A stretch of 64,000 nt of DNA. It comes from Bilabrum cf. latius. Taxonomy: Eukaryota. The stretch lies in assembly GCA_965178125.1 (NCBI GenBank), contig OZ237752.1:806001-870000 (forward strand). The letters run 5' to 3'. A model generated the notes under the pieces. The model ran no database searches. It saw only the letters and a list, made by a program, of their open reading frames with translations, and had not been told where the DNA came from. The position numbers and the translations under genes are program-made. Of this stretch, positions 25,766 to 37,700 are shown piece by piece (positions within the stretch are counted from its first letter, which is position 1; each line of letters opens with the position of its first letter).

Positions 25766-27820
25766 ATGAAGTACACGCAAAGGCTACCTAAATTGAGTGT
25801 TTTATATAGCGTATTTCGAAGCACCCGGGAAACTTCGTTTCCGAGGCCGCCGAAGCCTGGGGGGTACAGGGACTCCAGCGAGGATCTTTCGGGGGCTTGG
25901 TCGAAGCTTTGCTGGGACCACAGCGATAGATCAGTATGTTCGAGCGATAAGTTGGATTCAATTAGTGCTATAGACAAAGATAGCATACTCTGGGCAAACA
26001 CCCCGCTGGCAACGGACCACCCACTGTAGCTTTCTGACGGGAAAGCATGTGTCATCGGGCACCCTCCAGAGTCGCACGAGCTACTTGATAACAAGGGCGC
26101 AACGTCGTGCTTGCTTCGGTAGCAGCATAGTCGGTTTGTCAGTGGATCTCTTCTGTGGGCAAGCGAGTCTGGCCTGAATCGAGCAATTGCGGCGGCAGCG
26201 CCCACACGAGAGGCAAACTTGGGCTACTTGGACACGCACGCAGTTCTAGGACCAACAGTGCAATGTGGCGTTCTTCCTATTGAGTCCAAAGACGATTCCA
26301 GCGCAGTCGCAGCATGCTTGAGAAAGTGGAACATCGAGCTGCCGGTCGTTGGGAAGCCGGTCGCTGGTAGGGGGAGCGAGGGGGTCGCGGTGCTCGAGAC
26401 TGAGGAACAACTGGCGGATCACTGCAGACGCATTGCGTCCACCATGCTTAATGCACCTAATACTGGCAGCGATTCCAGCGATAATCGCGCTCTCAGGTAC
26501 GGCGAGGCGATCCTGGTAGAGCAGATGCTCCCTGGGCAGGAATTGACTATCGCGGTGATGCCGCCGGGTCTATACTGGCTTCCTTGGCCACAGCTTACAC
26601 CTCGCACATCCCAAAGCATGGAAAGTGTAGACAATAACCATGGCGATCCAAGGACACTGCGCTCAGCAGCTTGGACGGACTAGTGGTGGTGGATGCACCC
26701 CGCGTCGCAGGCGGCAGTGCAACCCCACCAGCACACAGAGGTTCTTGCGGGGCTCTCGGCGAGAGCATACGCGGAAGCGCTTCAAGCAGTGCAAGCTGCC
26801 ACAAGCGAGACCGCAGGGGTGCGCGCAGTCATGGATGCCATCAATAGAGACGAGCAACGCATCAAGGCAGGGCATGGCGGGAGTGTCGAGCTGTTTGGCA
26901 CAGCAGCAGACGCAGCCGCTGCACTCTAGAGTGTATCTTTCTGGGGCGAACAAGCCACGGGGCTGACCACTTTAGCTGCGTTCTTGCGCGGGCAAGATCC
27001 CAGATGGAGTGCGCAACAGCATGAAGTCACACGAGAACAACCTGTGGAAAGAGGAGCAAGTGGCGGCATCGGGCACGGGCTCGCGCTCGTTTCTTTGAGC
27101 CGGCATTGGGCACTGCCACCAATCTTGAGGGGCGGACCGGCTGTAGTCACATCCGGGGAACAACCGCGCGGCTGCGATGACACTTTTCGGGGCAGCGTCA
27201 TGCCGTACAATGGAACTGTCCCTGTAACAGCGAACTCGCGCAGCTTGACTGCAGCCGAGGCGGAGGACTGCATGATGGGCAACGATGGTACTGCTCAAGA
27301 GAACAGCGATTCATCAGGCTCTAGCTCGTATGATTGCCGTGCTGATGGTCCGGGAGGCTGGCTTGGCACGGCCATGCGCGATTGCGAAGATGTGGCACGG
27401 TTAGCGGGTGCAACCGCGCCGATTCGGATCGATTGCAGGGGCACAAGAGCTTCGACGAGCAGTGCAAAGGCTTCCCAGCCTGCAATCAGCAGTACGGCTG
27501 AATCAAATTGGCCGTACCCCACTGATCCACATGGTGGTGGCATGATTGGCCGGGCGTTCGTGGCAGAGGACCCCATCGCTTTGTTCGACGTGAACGCCAA
27601 GCCCAATGCGACGGGGCCTCGTGGTCAGATCGGGAGGGACGGACCCACTCCTGCGGGACTGCTAGCCATGGCAGCTGCCGCCCCTCCCATTGGCTGGACG
27701 TACGAGCAGTTCGTGCTCAACACTGCCATGCAGGCCCTGCCGATGGCTAGGCTGAACAGCATGGGCCCAGAGGAGCTCTACAGAGACGGGGTGGTCGATT
27801 CGTCGACAGGGCGCCACTAA
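25766..27820 (+). CDS. ATP-grasp (D-Ala-D-Ala ligase/glutathione synthetase-like) enzyme, ~680 aa
   Basis: KPGGYRDS, ILWANT...HPL(TAG), VVGKPVAGRGSEGV, LVEQMLPGQELTIAVMPP, PYNGTVPVTANSR, APIRIDCR, LFDVNAKPNATGP. One frame across TAGs; ends at TAA. Confidence 0.8.
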
Positions 27821-28006
27821 CTGCAAGCGGGTCTTAAATAAGTGGGCACTCTACAAGACGGAAATAGGTGCATTGTATGGCGTTAGGTGGTCGAGAAACT
27901 TGCCAAGAATGGTAGAGCCAACGCATGTGGGCAGCATGCAGCAGCAGCAATTGTAGAGACGACTGGGACAAGGGAAAGATACACAATGCTATTGCCGCCA
28001 GCTACA

Positions 28007-29591
28007 TCACTTGCTCTCCTTGGCGGTCGTGACACCACGACTGCCATCCCCGCTCGATGGCTAATCTACCGTTCCGGATGCACTGCTGGCCGCGGCAGGG
28101 GCCTTGGTCTTCTTGGAGGGCTCAGCATCGATCCAGTACTTGCGCAGCACCCGGGCCGGAAGGGCCCGAACCAGTGCCTTCGGCCAGCTGCCGTGCTCCT
28201 GCGAGTAGTGTGGGGTTGAATTGAAAGAAGCTGACTGGGCGTGCGGAATTGGAAGGGTTTGTCGGGGTTTAGGCAGGAACGCGCGCAGTGGCCCTTGCAT
28301 CTCGATCCTCTTCTTGTTCTCCATATCGGATACAACCGTACTCACCCTGAACTCTGTGATTGCCAGAACCACATGGTCGATGTTGAGCACGACTCGCTTG
28401 TGCGCACCCGCTGATGGCCTCACGCCTCCTTTGCCAGCAGGCGCGGCAGGTCCCGCACCGATTGCATCTGATGCACCCTCCTTGTCATCGCCGTCTGAGG
28501 CAAACTCTAGCATGCGACCGTCGCCATCTGCTGCAGAGACAGAGCTCTTTATCGTTGGTTCCTTTGCTGCCTATTCACCAGAATATTCACCGGCTGCAGG
28601 CGAAGACCCAGACCCAGACCCAGACCCAGCCCTCCCCAGATTGGATGGGCCCAGCTTGGGTCCAAGCTCTCGCCTGGCTGCCTCCACTTCTGCGCTGCGA
28701 CCCGTGGCTGCCTCTACCGGGAGCCGCGCGTGCCGTACGCTTGCCTTGCTGGCCTCTTTGAGCGACATGCCCGGCCTCACGGTCTGGTCGATGATGCCTC
28801 CGATCACGTATAGCACCCCCTCCTCGAGCGACTCCAGCACGTTGGGGGAATCTGGAGATAGGTACACCACCTTGTCCTTGCCCCCCGCCCACATGTCTTC
28901 TGGTCGCTCGGGGCTCCACTGCAGCGGCCACTTGTCGATTTCCCACGTGTGGCCCACGCTCGCCTTGAGCTCGTCGTCCGCGCTCGTGATGTGGATGGGC
29001 AACGGGGTGGGCGACCTTCGCGCGATCGCGTATGAGTTGCTGATCTGCTTTCCGATGCTCGTGCGCCACTTGCTATGGCGCTAAGACGGCCGGTACCGAA
29101 GGTCTATGGCAAGGGCTGGGCCTTCCTTGCTATAGGAATCTCGCAATCGCTGGAGCCCCTCCGCGAGCCGTTCTCTCTTCGATCGTCGCTCGCCGGCCCA
29201 CTCGGCCTTCTCAGCTGCAAGTGTATAAATTGCAACATATTCACAAAATTATAAACATAGGACAATCCAGAGAATGAGGAGTTGCTTGCGCTGGGGTGCA
29301 TCGCTCATCGAACTAACACTTTGACATGGAGGCAAGCATTGCTGCCCTGTTGTCTTTCCTGTGCTATCGTTTCGCCATTTTGGACTCGTACTTCATACGA
29401 GCCATCTCTGCCTTTCGTTCCTCGCGCCGAACCGCCTTCGACTTCCTCATCAGCCGCCCGAGCTGCCTCCCGACCGGGGAAGACCTCCATTGCGAGTACG
29501 TTCGTGCTAGCCCAAAAGCCGTAACGACTGCTACGATACCGCCCATTGCAGCATATGGAATATATTTTCTTGTTTCGACTTGAGAAGACAT
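28007..29591 (-). CDS. TRMT10: tRNA m1G9/m1A9 methyltransferase (Trm10 SPOUT family); intron ~29215-29317
   Basis: VVYLSPDSPNVL, YVIGGIID, HARLP, VLNIDHV, W..ALVRALPAR. A GT-AG intron restores the frame; ends at TGA. The start is uncertain (29546 or 29591). Confidence 0.82.
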
Positions 29592-29684
29592 TAATTCTCT
29601 GATATGCAGAGTTTGTGCTATGCGCGGAATCCGAATCGCCCAACTGCAACTGCGGCAACTCCATCGCATTGGTTCTAGCAATTT

Positions 29685-31649
29685 ATGCAGGATGTAATCT
29701 CTATTCTCGATGGTGGTCTTGCATCCGAAATTGAAAATCAAGGGATAGATATCTCTGGGCATCTCTGGAGCGCTGAACCTCTTGCACAAGAGCCGGCAAT
29801 CGTTCGCAGAGCACATGCGAAGTTTGTGCGCCAAGGCGCCAATATACTGATATCGGCTTCGTATTAGGCCTCACGAATAGGACTCTCTGCGCTTGGGTAC
29901 GACTTAGGTGAGTCAGATGAGATTATCGGGAGAAGTGTCGATGTGGCCCGCAGCAGCAGCCGTGCTGCTTCGACCGTGCTAGTCGCTGCTTCTTTAGGCC
30001 CATATGGGGCCTGCTTAGCCGATGGAAGCGAGTATAGCGGTTCGTATGCAGCGAAAACGTTGCCACCGGTTCCATTCGATACGGTAACGTGCGGTGCTGT
30101 GCTTGCGCACGTTCACAAACACGATAGATCCAAGCATGCAGCCAGCGACCAGCGGGAATCAGTGGACAAGGTGGATTTATCAATGCGATCAGGTTTGGAG
30201 GATTTAGTAAAAGCAGCACTGCCAAAGCCACGCGCTCCAGCAGTAGGAGCTGGGCGAGAAAGTGAGACCGTGCGAGCGGCCGCTGCTGGCTCCAGCTCCA
30301 GTTCCAGCACCAGCCCCGTCGACGACGATGCCTCGGTTTTGTGGCTCAGAGACTTCCACGCCCCAAGGATCGCCGCACTCATCAGCAGGCACCCAGACCT
30401 GATAGCTGCTGAGACGATCCCTTGCATAGCAGAAGGGATCGCCATCTGCTCTCTATTGAAGGAAGCCAACGAGCGCGCGCTGGCCAATGCGAGCCGCTCG
30501 GATGAGTTGATCCCGGTCGAAGACGTGGCCGCATGTTGCAAAAAAGAAAGCAGAAAATCAGGCGACTACAGCGGTGCAGCTGCAGCAGCACGGTCTCGAG
30601 CGGCAGCACCGGTGCCTGGCTGGATCTCATTTCAGATCAAGAGCAGCACGCAGCTGGCCAGCGGAGAGTCGGTCGAGGACGCTGTGCGGCAGGTGATTGA
30701 AACAGCAGGGGCTCATCGTCGTAGCGTTATGGCTAAAAATGCCTGTCCTGTATCTGCAGGAGCAGTTGCTGCAACTAAACCCCCGGAAATACGCAGCGAC
30801 ACGGAGACGGAGACCTCCGGGTGCTTCCCGCTCGTTGGTGTAGGGGTGAACTGCTGCCACCCGGAACACGCTGTGGAAGCAGCGCACACAATCGCGAGAG
30901 TATTAGATGAATTTGAATGGAGCTACAGTGCGTTTCCAGGGCCCCGGCCTGGGACCTCGGGCTGTGGTCCAGGCGCAGGCAGTCCGGCAGATGCGGCGTC
31001 GTCCACTATTGACCAGCTTGGGGACCCGTCGGCGGCGAGAGGTGGCCCGCACTCTGGATCATAGCACCCTGCCAGTACCCGCAAGGATGCCTACACACCA
31101 ATACGAGAAGATGCGAGTCACCACTACATGAAGGGTGCATTAGATCGGTGGCATGCGCGTGTTCGAGCGGACCTGCTGGCCCTGCCAGTGTTTAGCAAGA
31201 ACAGTCTAGGGACGCGACAGGCAACACAAGGCTCAGGCCAACCTGTGGCGGCCCATATTAAGGAGTCCAGCCCAAAGGAATCAGTCCGTGAGGCAGCAGC
31301 CACGCGCCCAGAGAGACCTGCTATTGTGCTGTACCCAAATCGGGGTGAGGCTTGGGACGCGACCAAGGCTGAGTGGGTTGCTGTCTCACCACCAGAATCT
31401 GAAGGTGTCAGCAGGCCGGGCTTCCCAGCTGCAGCAACTCCTGGCACGAGCTAGTTCGTGAGCAGGATGATTGTCACTGCATAGCGCTTACATGAGGCCC
31501 ATAGCCAGGCTTTCGTACTGGGTGGTTGCTGCAGGGTATCGCCTGCATTGATCGGGGAACTGGCGGCGGCAGTTAGGGGCAGATCCAGCTCTGGCAAGCA
31601 AGGCACGGTTAGTAAATTAGTAGATCCCGAGGAGCTCCCGGCTGAATAA
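29685..31649 (+). CDS. HMT: Homocysteine S-methyltransferase, ~650 aa with low-complexity insertions
   Basis: ILDGGLASE, LWSA, GANILISASY(TAG)AS, VAASLGPYGACLADGSEYSGSY, AETIP, VGVNCC, LYPNRGE, LGGCCRVSP. Ends at TAA. Confidence 0.92.
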
Positions 31650-31753
31650 ACTATCGGACATTAGTATTTACAGGACTTTAGATGTCTTGAATAGTACACT
31701 CGGGCTGGAGATGTACGGGCTTGCATCAGTAAATGTGAATCAGTAAATGTTAT

Positions 31754-34700
31754 TCAATCCCACGGACCCTTCTATTTGCCGCGATACAGAGGTGTGATTC
31801 CCTCCGTGAGGCCACCTGACTCAGCCACGGCCTGCTCCGATGCATTTGCATGCCCGTGCACCGACGAGGCCATAGCCAGCGACCTCACCTTGCCCTGCCT
31901 GAATGCCTCTGCCAGCACTGCCGACACCTCCGCGTCCTTCTTGCTGGGACCGTCCTCAAGTGGGGCATCCAGGGCGCGCCGGCGCTGCCCGAGAGCACCT
32001 GGACTATCGTCTAGTTTTCTTTGCCGATGCTTCTTCTCTCGTTGCCTCCTCCTATCGCGCGATCTAGAAGCCGGTACATCCGACCGAATCGTGCCCTCCA
32101 ATGGATCATAGTCCGTGCACCCTTCCGCCGTACCCTCCTCCTCCTCGCCGCTCTGTTCTACCACCGCAGGAAGACCCCTCCCGCCGTAAGCAAGGCCTAA
32201 CGGAGGCAGGGACGGCAGACGGCCGGAGTCACCAGATGACCTGCCGCTGGATGCCATTGGTGTCAGTTTCCTTCCCCCCCCAGCACCTGTGTTGCTCCAA
32301 GCCGATACCGTCACCTGCTAGATAGCGCCCCTACCGGTCGATGCAAGCAGTGTGTCTTTCTCCTGACCAGCCATAGCTTTCAATGCACCAGACGGCTGGG
32401 GTGCCCTTGTAGATTCCGACACGGAGTCTTGGCTCCCACTTGAGCTCTTACCTGCCGGACGATGCTTCGAACTCCGCCCGATGTGCCGAATCACGCCAGT
32501 CTACCGATCCACCGAAACCAGAGAGGAGCTTGGATCTCCCCGGTTGGATGTTGATCCCCCGTACAAGGATTGCTCCAGCCGTTTGCGCCACTACTTTCTG
32601 CTCTCCTGCACGCTATTGCTGCTACCGTCGCGCTGAGCACGCGAAGAGCCTGAGGTGGTGCGAGACAGGCCACCAAGGGCCACTCCTACCTGTGGCTACC
32701 GGCCCTCACCACTGCCCTTCATCGAGTTACTTGGGTTAGCACCAGCTCCACTACTCGGCTCCTGCTTGTTTGGCTTAGAAGAATGCAGGAGAGCTCCTGC
32801 AGGTGCATGCTGCCGTCCAGCGGTGGCTCCCGTGCCAGGGCCAGGCAACTTGGAAGTGTCATCGCCAGTCGCGACGGTTGCATGCGATTCTTGCTCCTCT
32901 TCGTCCTCGCTGAAATCAGTCCCGGCCACGTACACGTCATTCATGTCCGGCGGCATGCCCCGCCAGCCCCCGATGCGGTCCTAAAGCGGGCTCAGCGGCA
33001 TGTTCGCGACAACCCCCCTTGCGTACCGAATGAAGTCCACGGCGGAGGCGCGATCCTCGAAGCAGTTATCCGTGTCGAGCGTCGTGGTGCACTGCCGTCT
33101 ATCCGCCAAGGGGGATTTCCTGGCATAAATGTTGTCCCAGTCTACCTTGGAGAAATAGGGGTGCCGCATCAGGTGCCTTGCTCCACCGCGAGCACCGTAC
33201 CGCCGCATCGGGTCGTGCTCAAGAAGTCCCACGATCAGGTCCAGGAGAAGCGGGTCCATCTGACGGGACAGTCGTTCCCAAGCAAGCCGTCCAGCTTTGG
33301 TCTACTGCAAGGCCTCTTTCGTGCTGGACGCCTGGATGGGCAGCATGCCGCAAGCAAGCTTGAAGGCGCACACGCCCAACGAGTACCAGTCGCTGCTGAA
33401 GCCTCTGAAGGGCTACCCTTTGATGATTTCAGGGGCAATATATGCCGGAGACCCCGCGAACCCTTTTGCCACCTCCTGCTTCAGCTCAAGGATGGGAGAG
33501 GCGCTCTGGGCGAGAGCCCGCTCGATGTCGCTGCGACGCGTGAGACCCTTGGCGGAGAAATGTTTCTCGATATTTGGAGGGATCGGGGCCGTCGCAGCCG
33601 TTTTGAGGTCGTCCGTTGACGAGTACTGGTCTGGATCGTACTCCTAACCTGGGCGGGCTCTGATGGCTCCTGAACCGTGAAGCTTCTACGCTTGTCCTAC
33701 TTTTCGAGACGTCGCGTTACCTTCAGATATGTTGGACAACCCAGCCACTGCCGGTTGCTCCATGCTCCCCGTGTCACTGAGAACTGGGGTATCATTAAAT
33801 ATTGGCTCTGGTAGCTTCATTGACTTAAGCTGCTTGACAGGCCTCAACAACGTCCCTGCAGTCGACTGGGTGCCTCCGGAGGCAGACAAAACAGAGACGG
33901 CGGGAGGCTGGGCGAGCAGCTTGACCGGCGCGGAGAGCTGCAGCGGGTTTGAACCTGCGGCACACTATGCGTTCAGACCCTGCCATCGGGCTGCCCTGGC
34001 AAACCCCCTGAGAACGACTTGCCTGTAAACCTCTTCCACTGGGGCCACAGGGTCCAGACAAATCGACCCAGGAGCCACTAGCCGGAGCACAGTCCGGATG
34101 CTGGCTCCCATCTCCGGGGCCAGGTTGTCTTTGAGGACCACAACTATCCTCGGGGCGACGAAGGGGAGGGCTGCCTGAAGAGTCGCGCATGGAATGCCCG
34201 TCGATGGCGACTAGAGATCTGCACCTGTGTTTTCGTCTTTATCGTTGGCGTCGGTGTCGACGTCCGATGGAGGGCTTTCTTGGCGGCCAGACTTACCATG
34301 AGCTTTCTCTAGACCACCCAAAGGTGCACATATCTCAGAGAGAGCCCGCTTGTACGAGTGCTACACGGATGCAGACAGAAGCACCAACAAACCCACGGTG
34401 CTTTCGACATCTTCAGCGTCGGTTATCATCACTGTATCAAAGTCAGGCCCGTCTGTCTCAATAGCACTGTGTAGCTGGCTTGTACTCCACACAAGCGATG
34501 GCGTGACACGTTGCTCTTGATCTAAGCACTGGAATACATCGGTGCTCTCTTTCAACCTAACACGTGCTTCCCGCGATGTCAGCGTCGGGAGAGCCACACG
34601 GGGCTTGTGCGCAAGCACTTTGAAGAAAGGGTTCTTAGACAGATCATTGCTGCCAATGTCATCCTGTACTTCCGATGCGTGAATTCTCCGGCGCGTTTGC

Positions 34701-37700
34701 TTGACGCTGTCTTGAAGAGTGCCCTTCGGTAGCTTGCTGTCCTCGTCCCAAAGCGGCATGACGGGATCTCCCAAGCGAGTGTGCGAAAGCCACTGCATAG
34801 GGGCATCTGACAAGCGCATGATCAAGTGATGGAGATCGCCAGCAGACGACAGCAGCTGTCTGCCAGCGGTGCCGAGCGTTGGTGATGTGTCATCCCCTGG
34901 AACAGCTGCATTGGTAGCATGTCTGGCCTTGTCAGGCCCTGCGGCTGCGTCACCGGCGGCAACTGGCATCCGATCATTCCGACGGAGTCGAAGGTACTTC
35001 CTGCCCAACCGCTTGGCGACATCTGTGTGCTTACCACCAGCGATGTTCTAATCAAACACTAGGAGACTCATCGACGTCATGAGTCGCATCCGTCCGGACC
35101 TCACTGATAGCGGCGTCATCTGCACACCCGAGGCCCCCCCTGACGATGGCAAAGCCCCCAGCATCGGCGATCCCATCGTGCCAAGGGATGGAAGCGCGCT
35201 ACCGGATCTCATGGCAGCCATTCTCAGGTGGGCCTGCTCTAGAGTCAAGCAAGGTGACACGTGCTCTAGCTGCGTGAACAGCTCAGTGGTAGACGTCTAC
35301 ACATGGTGGGTTCCAAATGGCACCACTTGCGCTTTCTCCGATGCCGTAGTTAACTTCGACTCAGCATTCCCTCCCGCCAGTTGGTCCGAAATCGTCTCGA
35401 AGGATGCGGCCTAGTTGGGCGGTGGTGCAGACCGGATATGCAGCCTCTTGGCCAGCCCGAAGTCGATCAGCTTACAGTGACCAGCTTCGCTGCCGGACAC
35501 CATGATGTTGGCCGGCTTAATATCCCTGTGCAAAATGCCAGACTCGTGGCAAACGCCGATGGCACACACGAGCTGTGCAAGCACAATCTGGAGCGCGTGA
35601 GGCCGAAGCCGGGTCTTTCCGTTCACAAGGGTTGATAGCGTTGTTCCCTTGATGAACTCTGTGACGAGTGCAACACGGTCAGTCATGGCAAGGCACATGA
35701 TAAGCCGCATCACGCCAGGATGCTGCGGAAGAGCAGCCAGAGAAACCACTTCGGACCTGACTTCGTCTCGCAGGATCTGCTTTTTCTGGAAGAGCTTCAA
35801 GGCGGCTGGAGCACCGCTAGCCACATCCCGTACCATGAACACCTTGCCGAACGCTCCCGCACCCAACAGCCTCAATCGCTTCAGCCGCGCCAGGAAGATC
35901 GCAGCCCAGTGGGACTTGTACCCAGCTCTCGTGGCTTTCTGCGAATCGACTACGGCAGGAACCGCAGACGTAAACGACAGCACAGAGCGCAGCTCACTAT
36001 CGCCCCGACCCTGTTGTGAGGGTGAACCTGCCACGCTCTCTGACATTTTGCCATGGTGACTCATGCTCATTGAAGCACGCATGCTCGAAAGGCCATGGAT
36101 CACGCTGGAAGGTGCCTGACCTGCCTGCAGCCAGCGAATCATCGTTTCGACCGTCGGTACCTCGATCTGGGACGATCGGCGTCGCTTAAGCATGGAGCCC
36201 ATGGCCGGAGACGACGCGCTGCTGTCGCTGAAGCTGAGGTCACTAGCCCTGCGCACGCCCGCCAGACTAGGGCCACCTCGGCTGCTGTGGGACACCTTCA
36301 ACTGCCCAACGGCATCCGCAGAGCCCTACGGTTCAAACTTTGAGCAGCAGAGTTTCAGGATACGGGCATGCATTGCCGTGGTCCAAGCCCCTGCGACGCC
36401 TCGAATCCTCAGCCTTACCCGCTCAATCACCATCTCTTCGGCGCTTTCATCCGTGCCTACTGAAGTGGAGCTCCCTTTACTGTAGCCGTTCGAATCATAG
36501 CCTCCGTGGTCTAGATTACCGGTTTGATCATCCGGCCGGACCAGTGACCCGTCTGTGTCCGACCCAAACGCACCGAACCCATCGTCTGTGAGGTAGCCTG
36601 TGTGGCGATGCGGCACTTCCTCTGCCTCTGCAGCACCGCGTGCTTCTCCACCAGCCTTGGGGCCTGTTTGGCCGCCAGCTACTGTCCCGGAGATGGAGGA
36701 TTCCACGCTGATCTGGCCTGGCACTCTAAGCTTAGTACCATTGGCCAAAACAGCACCTCCCAACCCCCCATGGCGGGTTGTTCGTGGATTTCCCCCGTCA
36801 TCAGCGTCAGATTGCCCTCCTCCACGCCGCTCGCTGCTCTGAAAGAAACGCCGCGACCGGGATGTGCTGGATGCGCTAGCGAGACTGTTGCCGGACCTAA
36901 ACCTTCGAAGGGACCGCTGCTTCTTCGGGCCCAGGCACATGGTCATGCCTTCAAGCAGCTGGTCAGCTGGAACGTTCGTCTCCTTGACTGATTCGCTTGA
37001 AATGGCAAGACTAGACCTATCTGGCGGCATCACCGCCGCTGAGGCGGACGCTAGGGCGGCGGCATCAGAAATGCCCCTGCCGTAGGCATCCCACGCCTGG
37101 CCCTCGGCACCCATAGTTCCAAGCACGACCCCACCCACGTGCACAGCGGCTGAAACTGACAGGATCGCGCCAAGGCGCTTCTGCAAGGCCTCGATGCGAG
37201 CAATTGCCGCAGACGCCGCATACGCTGCGTGAAGCATCGCAGAATAACCCCCAACTTGCTTGTGCCCGCGGGCATTGAGCTTGAGTGGCCTTTGGTCCAG
37301 AAACACCACCGTCATGCCATATCCCTGCACGTGCACTCGTATCCCAGCCAGATTGCGCTACTCCCTTGATGTACCACTTGTCCTCATCTGCTTCTCTCTA
37401 CCCAGCGTGTCAACGTACCACACATCATCGCCGCCGGGGAATGGAATCGAGCAGCACTCCTCCACAACCGCTGCCATCATGCGCACGAGACGGAACAAGC
37501 TGACAGCAGAGACGAGGGAGTCAAGCATCTGCGCCACCCGGAAACGTACCGCCAGCACTGCCCCAACGACCCGAGGTGCGATTACGAGTCTGTCCGAGAC
37601 GCTGCTCTGCCCTCTACGAGTGTGAACCGCATTCACCTTCTTGAGCTGTCTTGTCATGTGGGATTCTTCGCGTGGGTGCGCGCCACCCATCTGGCCCGAA

